64,000 bases of DNA from Squalus acanthias (taxonomy: Eukaryota). Made by a program: the position numbers and the translations under genes. Location: positions 4,960,001 through 5,024,000 of the forward strand of contig CM059433.1 of NCBI GenBank assembly GCA_030390025.1, read 5' to 3'. Below are positions 1 to 11,310 of this stretch, one piece after another. The stretch's first letter is position 1. Each line of letters starts with the position of its first letter. The notes under the pieces are model-generated. The model had not been told where the DNA came from, did no database searches, and was given only the letters and a program-made list of their open reading frames with translations.

Positions 1-1926
1 TACTTTAAATAAACAGTAATTTTTAGCAATTCTTACTCAAAGCATTTAAATATTCGAAGCGTAAGCAAACTTTTAAAGGAACAGTATTTCGTCAAATCCT
101 TTTAAGTATGTCCAGATCTGATGGGATAGTATTTTATAGACCTTCATTTTTAAAATAAAATTTCAACACTTAAAAAAACCCAAAATGCATTGCTAAATGT
201 TACAACTGTGACTTTTTGTATTAAAGAGGGGTCTAAGATCATGGGGCATAGCCCTTTCATAACCTTGTTTTTGCTGTATTTTGTCAGTTCTGAACAGAAA
301 TTCCTACTGTGGTTGCCTAGCGTTGACCTAAAGTCTACACTGTAAACAGCACTTAACTTTCTTTTCAAATATTTTTGCATATAGTAAAGGTCAAAGTTTA
401 TAGTCGTCACAGTAAATAGAGAAAGTATATTTATGAACTTTGTTTCTGCTCTGTTGCTTTACTTCAAATAATCAGCAGCAGTCTTTTAAAAAATAAAACT
501 GACAGTAAAGACTCATTACATTTCTGTTTAAAATTGAAAGCAAATGGAGAGTCTCGCTTTTCCCTGCTTTCTTTTCAGAGGTATGCTGTGATGCCTCTGC
601 CTGGGATGGAGGGCTAATAGTTTTCTCATCTTCTGCTGCACAAGTGAAACTGCTCTACAACCTGCAGCAGCCAGTAGTTTTATCTGCACTGAGGAGAGTG
701 ATAAATCTCTATCTTAATGAGATTCACTTAATTAATTTCAGGGAGCAATGCTAATAGTACGCATGTTGTCGGGAGAAGTTTGATTCTTCTGCAAGTTCTT
801 GCATAATTATCTTGAAACATAACTGTTGAGGCAGTGTACAGGGAGTTGTATCCTGCAAATAATTTAAACTGTACCTGGCCATTGGTGTACTTGTTGCTGA
901 TTTTGGGTATGGAAAACTAATTTTGTGTATAGGTTCTTTGCTTTGATGGGTACCAGAAACTAAGTCAACCTTTCCCCTTGAAAAGAATGCAGGTAAAGAA
1001 GAACTAATATGTGAACAGTTCGGGTAGGTCTAATTATAGTTACAATTCATTGATAAACTCCATAATGCTGATGATTCTTGTGTAAAATATTCTGCCAGTG
1101 TAATATTAGAAAATTAAAATTATTAGCAAGTCATCAGTACAGATCCTACATGACTTAAATGACTATTTTATGATCATTTTTAAAATAAGATTTCCTTATT
1201 TTGTTTTCAGTTTTCGTATGTTCTCTGTTGAGCTGTGCTGATGATAACTATACTAATGGGGGGGCAAAGTATTTGAACATTCTTTACATAGTTATGTAAA
1301 AATGGGCCATTTGTTTGCACAGGCACATGCAGGAAAATGTTACAAGCATGCAAGAGACATTATGAACAGTTAACGTTTGAGAACTAGGCTCTGGTCGAAA
1401 AGTGCATTTAGAAACTTGGGGGGGGAGAAGTTGGGCTCTGTAGCGCCCATTTTTTTGAGCACTGAGGCCTCCTAAAGTTTGAAAATGGCGTCCGCAATGC
1501 GCGCGCACAATTCAGACATGAAGTGCACTGGACGCCATATTCGTAAAGGGCTTTTCACGCGCGCGCCTAATGACTGTCAGCATCATGCAGAGCAGGCAGA
1601 TCATGATGTCGATCAGTGTGCAACACGCCAGCGCTGCCATTTTCGAGCTCCACGCTCTAGCCTGTGCCCTCTCTTAACCTCGCATGGCTGAACACAATGT
1701 TAAATGACATGAATGTCTCCCCACCAGTGCTACTTAAAGGGATCATGAACTATTTACAGGTTAGTTGCTGGACTATTTCTTCTGGCTGTTTGTGCAATTC
1801 TATGCATTTTGGGAGGTTTTCCATACTTGTCTAAAGTTTCAGTAGTTTACAGGGAGTGGTCTGGCTGGTGCTGAAGTACTTTTTTTGGTGGTTTAAAGGT
1901 TTGTGCAGAAACCAGTTGCTTCCAGA

Positions 1927-3004
1927 CTTGGGTGGCCTAGTAGGCCTTCCTCTTGGAATTGAGCATGACTGGGAGAATGCAGAGCAGGACAAGCTGCTAG
2001 AAGAGGGAGGGGGGGAGAAGGGGTTTCAGCAGGAGGCCATATCCGCAGAGGGTTTTTTGGAGGGAATTCTCTTACCTGAACTTAAGCGACGACCAATGCT
2101 TGAGACGTCTGCGCTTCACTAAAGAGATCACGACTGAAATTTGCCACTGCTGCAGCCACAACTCCAACCTCAGAGCAGGGCCTGGACAGCATTGCCCAGT
2201 GGTTGTCAAGGTGACTGTGACTCTGAACTTTGGTGTGTCTGGCTCCTTCCAGGCTGCTTCTGGAGATATAAGCAACATCTCGCAGTTTGCAGTGCACTGC
2301 TGCATAAGGGAGGTCATTGAGGCTCTCTGTACAAAGAGAGACAGCTTCATCTCATTCCCTCTTGCCAGAGACAAGCAGGCGGAGCGAGCACAAGGGTTTG
2401 CTTGGATTCCAGGCTTCCCCATGGTGCAAGGTGTCATTGACTGCACGCTCATTGCTTTGCGTGTGCCTTATGTCAACTCTGCCATTTTCTTGAACTGAAA
2501 AGGATTCCACTCGCTCATTATGCAGCCGGCGTGCGACCAAAGGCAGCGCATCATGCAGGTCAATCCATGGATTATCCTGGAAGTAGTCACGATTCGCTCA
2601 TTCTGCGGCAGTCCTCTGTGCCAGCTGTATATTAACCACCACGGCAAATCAAAGGGTGGCTACTGGGCGACGAGGGTTATCCACTCATGACCTGGTTCAT
2701 GACTCCGGTCCGGAACCCACGCACATGTGGACAGCAGACATATAATGAGAGCCAGGCTGCCACAAGGAATATTATAGAGCTTAAAATCAGTGGCCTCAAG
2801 CAACGCTTCTGCTGTCTGGACCGCTCTGGAGGAGCCCTGCAGTACTCAGCTGAGTGGGTCTCAAGATTTCTGGTGGTATGCTGCGTGCTGCTCAACTTTG
2901 CCGTTATGAAGGAACAGCACTTGCCGCCACCTTTCAGGCATGGAGGAGGAGGAGGAAGGGAGGCTGCAATGCAGACAGCCCCTTGTTGCCTGGGCTCTAT
3001 GTGA
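1927..3004 (+). pseudogene. Harbinger/HARBI1-like DDE transposase, disrupted by frameshifts and stops
   Basis: Motifs across frames: RRPYPQRVF, YLNLSDDQCLRRLRF, VKVTVTLNFGVSGSFQ, GFPMVQGVIDCT, FLN*KGFHS, YPGSSHDS, GWLLGDEGYPL.TWFMTP, LKQRFCCLDRSGGALQYS. Confidence 0.9.
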
Positions 3005-3639
3005 TCAAATAATTCAAAAGCGATACCAGTAACCTCAACTGCAACTCCACTTTCGCCAACTGTCCCACACTCCTTTCCTCTGTCTCTGACCATTACATTG
3101 TCGTCCTTGCCACAACGCACAAATAAAAGCCAACACAAAATCCACTTTCCAATCCAAATTTCTAAATTAAATCATGACATAATGCATACAAAAATAAACT
3201 AATCACCTTTATTAATTCCCTTGGTGCCGCTTCCGTGTTGCTTTGCCTCTCCTAGTGCTTCTACGAGATTCTTCTCCAGTGGCTACAGCATAGCTGGTTA
3301 AAGGCTGCTGACCTTCAGTTGAGAAGACTGCAGATGGCCTTGGAGGGCGACCTTGAGCAGCTCTGGGCCTAGAAGGGCCAGCTTCAGATTGCACCACCTT
3401 GGCCTGGGCTGCAGCAGTCTGGGCTGGCAAGCTGACAGACAACAGCAAGGGCACTGGCAGGGTTGGGAGCACGAATGCTGTCATCCTGAGAGAAGACAGC
3501 AGGTTCGTGCTCCATTGGAGGCATTGCCACTCTCCCTGGGCGGCACCTCCGCAATCTTAGTAATATGTTGGAGAATGGATTGCTGGCGTGCTGTGACGCC
3601 CTGGAAGCCCTTTTAAACACCGGTATCCAGAGTCATGAT

Positions 3640-3730
3640 GGCAGCAGTCTGAGCTTGCAGGGCAGCAGTCTGAGCTTGCAGGGCAGCAGTCTGAGCTTGC
3701 AGGGCAGCAGTCTGAGCTTGCAGGGCAGCA
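3640..3730. repeat. 21-bp tandem repeat GGCAGCAGTCTGAGCTTGCAG, 4 perfect copies plus a partial copy
   Basis: Read directly. On the minus strand it encodes the heptad (AALQAQT)n. Confidence 0.95.
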
Positions 3731-4044
3731 CTCAGACTTTTGGTGGAAGCTGCTTGTGCTGCAATGGAAGCTGAGACATCGGCCATCAGACGCTGCATCA
3801 TAGTTGGTTCCATAAGAGTGCTGATGGGGGTGACCACCTATTCCATGTTGGAAAGGATGGGCTCCAAGCTCTGCGCAAACCCTGTGCCAAGTTGGTGCCT
3901 ACTCCTCCATGCTCCTTCACATTGAGTGCAGACTTCCCAATGCACCAAGCATTTGGCTGTGTACACCCATCAGCCGCCTTCTGTAATAAAAACAGAAAAT
4001 GCTGGAGATACTCAGCAGGTCAGGCAGCATCTGTGAAGAAACAG

Positions 4045-4081
4045 AGTTAACGTTTCAGGTCGATGACCTTTCGTCAGAACT
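4045..4081 (-). ncRNA. Minimal type I hammerhead ribozyme motif in the inverted Penelope pLTR
   Basis: Minus strand reads AGTT-CTGACGA-A-AGGTC-ATC-GACCT-GAAA-CGTT-AACT. Confidence 0.8.
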
Positions 4082-6227
4082 GGAAAAAAGCAGGAAATAG
4101 AACAGATTTTTAAGCAAGTGTAGGGGCTGGGAAAGGGGGGAGGGGATGAAAGAACAAAAGGGAAGGTCTGTGATCAATAGAAGGCAGGAGAGGTTAAGAG
4201 ACATTAAGAGATATTCAAGGCAAAAGGAGATGGTAATGGGACAGGTTAAGAAACAAAGGTTGGCTCCAGATGAAGTGTGAATTGTGCTGACAGAATGAAA
4301 GACAGCTGCCATGTGGGAGAGAAGAAAAACCTCATAGTCCCCCAACCCCGCACAGCCCGCTTCTACCTCCTTCCCAAGATCCACAAACAGGACTGCCCTG
4401 CTAGACCCATCGTTTCAGCCTGTTCGTGCCCCACGGAACTTATCTCTTCCTATCTCGACTCTATTTGTTCTCCCCTTGTCCAGACTCTTCCCACCTACAT
4501 CCGCGACTCTTCCAACGCCCTCCGCCACTAACAGTTTCCAGTTTGCTAGCCCCAACCGCCTCCTTTTCACTGGACGTACAATCCCTCTACACCTTCCATC
4601 CCCACCAGGATGGCCTGAGGGCGCTCTGCTTCTTCCTTGAACAGAGGTCCGCCCAGTCCCCATCCACTACCACCCTCCTCCGCCTGGCTGAACTTGTTCT
4701 CACATTGAACAACTTCTCCTTTGACTCCACTCACTTCCTCCAAATCAAAGGTGTTGCTATGGGAACCCGCATGGGTCCTAGCTATGCCTGCCTTTTCGTG
4801 GGATATGTAGAACACTCTTTGTTCCAGTCCTACTCAGGTCCCCTCCCTCACCTCTTTTTCCGGTACATTGATGACTGTATTGGTGCCGTCTCCTGCTCTC
4901 GCCCTGAACTAGATAATTTCATTCACTTTGCTTCCAATTTCCACCCTTCCCTCACCTTCACATGGTCCACCTTCGACTCTTCCCTTCCCCCCTTCGACTT
5001 CTCCATCTCTGGGGATAGGTTATTGACAAACATTCACTACAAGCCCACTGACTCCCACAGCTACCTGGACGACACTTCCTCCCACCCCACTTCCTGTAAG
5101 GACTCTATTCCATTCTCCCAGTTTCTCCGTCTCCGCTGCATCTGCTCTGACGATGCCACCTTCCATACCAGTGCCTCCGACATGTCTTCCTTTTTCCTCA
5201 ACCGAGGATTCCTCTCTACTGTGGTTGACACGGCCCTTGACCGTGTCCGTTCTATCTCCCACACTTCTGCCCTCACCCCTGCCCCTCCCTCCCTGAACCA
5301 CAATAGAGTTCCTCTTGTCCTCACCTTTCACCCCACCAGCCTCCACATTCAACGGATCATCCTCTGCCATTTCCGCCACCTCCAGCGTGAATCCCACCAC
5401 CAAACACATCTTCCCCTCACCTCCCCTTTCAGCATTCCGTAGGGACCGCTCCCTCCGCAACACCCTGGTCCACTCCTCTATCACCCCCAACACCCCTTCC
5501 CCTTCGCACGGCACCTTCCCGTGCAAGCGCAGGAGATGCAACACATGCCCTTATACCTCCCTCTTCCCACTGTCCAGGGCCCCAAACACCCCTTCCAGGT
5601 GAAACAGCGATTTACTTGTACGTCCTGCAATTTAGTATACTGTATTCGCTGCTCACGATGCGGTCTCCTCTGCATTGGGGAGACCAAACGCAGATTGGGT
5701 GACCGTTTTGCGGAACACCTCCGTTCAGTCCGTAAGGGGGACCCCGAGCTTCCAGTCGCCTGTCACTTTAATTCACCGCTCCATTCCCACTCAGACCTCA
5801 CCATCCTCGGCCTCTTGCATTGTTCCACGGAAGCTCAGCGTAAGCTCGAGGAACAGCACCTCATCTTTCGATTAGGCACTTTACAGCCTTCTGGACTCAA
5901 CATAGAGTTCAACAATTTCAGATCATAACCTCGGCCCCTATCATATATATATTTTTCATCCACACTTTTTGTCTGTCTTTTTTTCTTCTCTCCCACATGG
6001 CAGCTGTCTTTCATTCTGCCAGCGCAATTCACACTTCATCTCGAGCCATCCTTTGTTTCTTAACCTGTCCCATTACCATCTCCTTTTGCCTTGAATATCT
6101 CTTAATGTCTCTTAACCTCTCCTGCCTTCTATTGATCACAGACCTTCCCTTTTGTTCTTTCATCCCCTCCCCCCTTTCCCAGCCCCTACACTTGCTTAAA
6201 AATCTGTTCCATTTCCTGCTTTTTTCC

Positions 6228-6264
6228 AGTTCTGACGAAAGGTCATCGACCTGAAACGTTAACT
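6228..6264 (+). ncRNA. Minimal type I hammerhead ribozyme motif in the Penelope 3' pLTR
   Basis: AGTT-CTGACGA-A-AGGTC-ATC-GACCT-GAAA-CGTT-AACT: core CUGANGA and GAAA, stem II AGGTC/GACCT, helix I AGTT/AACT, palindromic ACGT helix III. Confidence 0.8.
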
Positions 6265-8661
6265 ATGTTTCTCTCTTCACAGATGCTGCCTGACCTGCTG
6301 AGTATCTCCAGCATTTTTTGTTTTTATTTCAGATTTCCAGCATCTGCAGTAATTTCTTTTTGTATTAACTTTCTTCTGTAGCCTGGCCCATCGAAGTGCT
6401 CATCTGAGTCCTCTGCAGCAGAACTAGTGTGCGACCTCACCCTCCGGTGAGCTGGCACTTGTGCTATCCTTTCCCCCGCCCTGGATCCTGCGCACTTGTG
6501 CCTGGTATCTCACCACGTGCAGATCCCTCCTCTATTCTATCCTCTTAAAATACACGCAGTGTCAGTATCTGAGCTGGTGGCTGCGAGTGTGATCAAGTGA
6601 CTGTCTCTGTTATTCTTTACTTTCTTCTTCCTCTTCCTCCACTGCCTGGGCAGGACCCAGCTCTTGAGTATCTGAAATGAAAAAGGGACAAGGGTTGGAT
6701 TGTGGTGATGGGAGAGGAGAAAGTAAGAAGTGCATGCTTGCACTCTCTGCAGCTTCTTAGTCAGAAGAGATTGAGGGATGAGGGAAAAGGAAGATCTGGT
6801 ATGTGGATGCCCTCATCATCAGTTGCTTCAGCCCCGCGACCTCAGCGATGCCTCTTCCCATGATGGACAGCACAGTCTCCTCCATGGGGATTAAAATATG
6901 CAGGCACGTTTGTCCCCCTCCAGTTAATTGCTGCTGCCTCCTGTTATGTGTCAACTTCTCCTGCAAGAAATAGGGAAGTGTGTCGGTGAATGTCATGCAG
7001 TATGTTTGGGTGATGTGGTTGTCATGGTTGCATGGCTGCAAGTGTGTGCGAGCTGTGATATGTGTGCGTGTGGTTTGCAACAGTGTTAATGTGTGAGATT
7101 GAGGTAAAGCATCGGAATGGTAAGGTTGAGCCTGCTTGATGGATATTATTGGTAGATGGGTGATGGGGGTGCAGTGAATTGAGCAGTGGTTAACGCTAGT
7201 GGTGTAGTTGGTCGGATATGGCATTTGAAGATAAACTCATTGACCTTGACCACTCGTGTGAGATCTTTAAACTTCTTCCTGCACTGCATCCAGGTTCGTG
7301 CAGCTATACCCCTGGCATTGCCCTCCGACACTACTTTTTCCTACTGCTTCCTGAACATGTGTCTGGAGGGCTTCAAGCCCCCCCTGAGGATACAGGACAT
7401 CTTGCCTCAGTTCCACCAAGACCTCCAGTGCAGTGTCTGGAAACCTTAGTACACGTTCTCTCCCATGGTCAATCATTGTTGACTCTTCCACAGCACACTC
7501 CCAGCACCTATTCCAGCCACATTGCACCTCCCCTTCAAGAGGAGCAGGCTGGCTTTAAGTAGCGCTAAGCACTCGTGATATCGGTGACCCCTGCTGATGC
7601 ATGCTGCCAATGAACAGCGTAGGGCGTGCTGGCTGTACGCTGCAATCATTTAAATCAGTAGGCAGCACAAATTTGAGGTCCTGCCTGCATCGCAGTGAAC
7701 GGGGGCGGGTTAATTGCGCATCACGATCCCTGCATCCGTTTTCAGGGGTTATCCAATTTAACCCCCCTTTATCTCAGGGTTTATCATTCTTAAGCCTAAA
7801 TTCAAACAATGTACAAAATATATGCCATTTTATCCTCTGCACTATTCAGAATATTATGTGGTTTTAATCTTTACTTGATTTTAAGGGAATAAATTAGGGT
7901 CATTGTCTGTCTTCCCACTCTGGTAAATTGATTGTGTGTCAACACAACCTATTATGAACTTAAGATTGTAATTGTAATCAATCTGTGTGAAATGAGAAAC
8001 AAGATCAAGGACTTAATGGAATATTGAAATATTGAGTTGAGTTACAATTAACCTTTGTTTTAAAGTTCCAGTAGTGGAATACTAACTGAATAATTCATAT
8101 GAAAGTGCAATCAAAAATGTCGGACAAATTCTGACGGTGTAATTGCTATAAATTGCCATAGTGTACACCAATACATTTGCCATTTTTCAATATTTCATGA
8201 CTCCATTAAGTTTAATGGGGTAAAGGGACATATAGGTATGTTTTACTGATTTGAGCAGCTGGCATGGAACAAATCCATCAAAAAAATTAGTTCCATTTAT
8301 GATCAGCCTTTTAAATCCAATAATCTAACCGTCAGATTTTGGAATTGCACTGGGTCAATTTTGTAACCTGATTACATCAAAAAGGAATGGTAGATGTTAT
8401 AAATGTACATCAGATTATTTTTGGGGTGCTTAAGCAGTAAAATTCATTTCAGGTGCTGGTGATTCATGTATATGTAAGTTTGCAAATTACAGGAAATGGT
8501 AATCAGCTGGTTGCCATGGTGCCTTTTATAATATAAAATACCTGCAGCTCCATGCTCGATCCAAGAGCAGTCTCTTTTCTGGTTTATTTGCATGGCACAC
8601 TAAAGGGACAAATTGCAGCTTGGGTACAATGACTTAACCATTCGAAGCAGAATCATTTAAT

Positions 8662-9713
8662 GGCCCAAAATTTGTGGTCGGAGGCTTCCCGCAGGCGGAT
8701 GCCTCCGACCTCTCAAAAAATCTACAAATTTACCTAGTGGTCCAGGAGATACGGAGACTCGTGCTCCTGGGCCTGTCCGGGTACCCGCGTATCCCAGGGG
8801 CACAGGCGGTTCGCGAGCGCCCCTGGGATCACGTGGGCCGGCCCAACCAATAAAAGGGAATCCCCATTCATACTTATGGGAGTTTAGTACGATCACTTAA
8901 AAAAAAAATACACGAACACATGAAATTAAAAAAAAAATGGAGACCAAATGTAGATGGGGTGATTGCTGGAACACCTCCGTTCGGTCCGCAAGTGTGACCC
9001 TGTGCTTCCGGTCGCCTGTCACTTTAATTCTCCTTCCCACTCCCACTATGACCTCTCTGCCCTCGGCCTCCTACACTGTTCCAATGAAGCTCAACGGAAG
9101 CTCGAGGACAGCATCTCATCTTTTGATTAGGCACTTTACAACCTTCCGGACTCATCATTGAGTTGAACAATTTCAGACCATAACCACTGCTCCCATTTTT
9201 TTGGACAGTAGCTGTTGGTAATGATTCTGCTATTGCCTTTTACACCTCCTCTGGACCCATCTTTTGTTTCTTTTCTCGTCCCATTGCCATCCCCTGTTGC
9301 CTTGCACCATCATCCTTTTTGTCAACTAATCACTCCTGTCTTCCACCCTGTCACAGACCTTCCCTTTTCTCCTTCCCTGCCTCTGTACTTGCTTAAAATC
9401 AGTTACATCTGTAACATTTTCCAGTTCTGATGAAAAGTCATCGATTGAAACTGTGTTTCTTTCTTCACAGATGCTGCCTGACCTGTGTATTTCCAGCATT
9501 TTCTATTTTTATTTCTTTCCCCCTCTATTTCTCTTTCTGTACCTGATTTGACATTGAATTCACCCACTCTAATTCACCCTCCTTCTCAGTCCGTCCTCTG
9601 TTTATTTCACAATCCCGAAATAGCATTGGTTAAGGAGATGTGCTGTTGGTCCCAGCATTCACCAAGGTCCCAGATGTCCTGTTATCAGCTCGCACTTCCA
9701 GCAACTCTGGGCA
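8662..9713. mobile_element. Probable Harbinger-type non-autonomous element interrupted by a Penelope fragment
   Basis: Starts GGCCCAAAATTT with a GC-rich subterminal hairpin (8676-8710). The right end resembles the degenerate reverse complement. Boundaries tentative. Confidence 0.45.
8938..9512 (+). mobile_element. Penelope 3' fragment (GIY-YIG end plus pLTR with a degenerate hammerhead at ~9423-9452)
   Basis: Clear similarity to 5678-6330, including CAGTTCTGATGAAAAGTCATCGATTGAAAC. Confidence 0.85.
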
Positions 9714-11064
9714 AAAATTGTTTGAGCTGAAGGATGCAGGAAAAAGTCTAACTAACTGGGCAAGCTGTGAGATGCCCTGCTCCAGCAAATGTTGGTTTGT
9801 TGGCATTAACATTATGGAAAGGCATCCTACTTCCCTCAGTGAGTAGAATAATTGTGTGGTGTATTACTGAACCAAATGTACCAGGTTTGATCCCTGTCTT
9901 GTGCTGAGTCGGTAGATCTGAGCCTGGGTAGAGATTAGGGAACTGTAATTGGCTTCTGCAGGGGAGGAGAAAACTTACCTGGGAGTCCTGTCGCTGATTA
10001 GTGTCCAATGACTCGTATCGAAGTGTTTGTGTGCAGATATTAGACAAGGACATGGTAATTTTAACTGATCTGTTTTCCACTCACCTCCCCATAATAGTTG
10101 GATAACCTGCTATCTGTATTTAAGCTTGCAGATGAAAGTAGCTGCTTGGACAAAGTATTGCTAGGGTCCATGATACTCTAATACACCGAGGAAAAATACA
10201 TTTTTGAAGTGTTATAGAAAATGCATTTTGCAGTATGTTAAGCAGGTACTGTATTACTGTTGATTGCATACAACTGGAAACCAAAAAGTTAAAAGTAATA
10301 GCATCTACAGAATGCTGACGAGATAACTTGCAGTCAAATTCTTAAATAATTTGCAAGAGCAAACATCTTTTTAATATTTGAGATGGAGAAATAAATTTGA
10401 GCGGTCATGTGCAATTCAGATATCGTTTAAAAAAAATACTCGGGAGCACTTTTACCACGTGCAGATAGTTTCCTGTTTATACTGAATTTAGGACTGTGGA
10501 AATATTTGAAACAGCTGCTCACATTACATCTACAAGTTGGCAATTCAGATTTTAAACCCATGGGACTGAATAAATTCCAGCAGATTTTTATGTAATTCTA
10601 CATTCTAAGAAGGAATGCAACCTTTTTTTAATGAGTATTTTGTAGCTAATTATCTAAGACTGGAACTGGTTCGATAATTAGCTGCACAAACTTCTGAAAA
10701 GTGAGGTTTTTATTTTGCATGTAACTATGCTTTGCAATGCAGAATGTAACGTTAAGTGTAGAGAGTAAATAATTAGAAGTGCAGAATTAAAATGTTGTAT
10801 CGTTTCCCATATGATACTGGTTTATATTTAATTCTCAATTTAAATATCTTCTTAGTAGTTGATGGTAATCCAAGATACTGCGATAGTTTGGCACCTTCTG
10901 AGGTTCTGGTAGCTGTTTTTTTTGGCTGTGTTGAGAGTCCCTCCCCCAATAAGGTTTTCAGTGTTTAAATGGGTCTGCTCCACACGTGGCAGAATGCAGC
11001 ATTACGGCCATGTTGATACTTAACCAAAAAGCAGAAGCATTTAGCACGGACCAAAAAGCAATAA

Positions 11065-11310
<246 letters not shown>

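Larger units (their letters stand above)
3986..6372 (+). mobile_element. Penelope-like retroelement (Neptune type), 5'-truncated, with an inverted copy of its 3' pseudo-LTR at the left end
   Basis: RT (FYLLPKIHK, GVAMGTRMGPSYA, YIDD), Cys-rich linker CKRRRCNTC and GIY-YIG domain (LVYCIRC..CGLLCIGETKRRLGDRFAEH) over frameshifted ORFs 4330-5928. 3985-4329 is the reverse complement of ~5980-6327. Flanked by CTTCTGTA at 3978-3985 and 6373-6380. Confidence 0.92.
3212..7476 (-). pseudogene. Spliced Myb/SANT-like (Myb_DNA-bind_5 / NAIF1-type) DNA-binding protein gene of the Harbinger element, decayed and interrupted
   Basis: Exon 1 ~7476-7245 (MIDHGRERVLRFPDTALEVLVE...RTWMQCRKKFKDLTRVVK, GT donor). 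Exon 2 starts at 6960 after ttcttgcAG (EKLTHNRRQQQLTGGG). A further acceptor lies near 6672. The last exon is split by the Penelope insertion and ends near 3212. Confidence 0.75.
1418..7767. mobile_element. Decayed autonomous-type PIF/Harbinger DNA transposon (transposase on +, Myb/SANT-like gene on -, convergent), interrupted by a Penelope element
   Basis: Contains both canonical Harbinger genes. Imperfect termini GGGGGAGAAGTTGG (left) and GGGGGTTAAATTGG (reverse complement of right) resemble the GG..RAAATT TIRs of MITEs elsewhere in the window. Exact ends are uncertain by a few bp. Confidence 0.8.

Noticed and set aside
1..1400. Possible upstream ROCK2 kinase exon, and the short ORF 150-410
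   Set aside because: No kinase-like translation flanked by splice sites. This is AT-rich intron, and the preceding exon lies outside the window.
1927..3004. Domesticated HARBI1 host gene
   Set aside because: Multiple frameshifts and stops, and it sits within a transposon structure. It is a decayed transposase.
3640..3730. CRISPR-like array
   Set aside because: The repeats are contiguous with no spacers and the context is eukaryotic. It is a minisatellite.
4426..5928. Functional reverse transcriptase/endonuclease gene
   Set aside because: 5'-truncated, split across four frameshifted ORFs, and the GIY-YIG YIG motif reads CIG.
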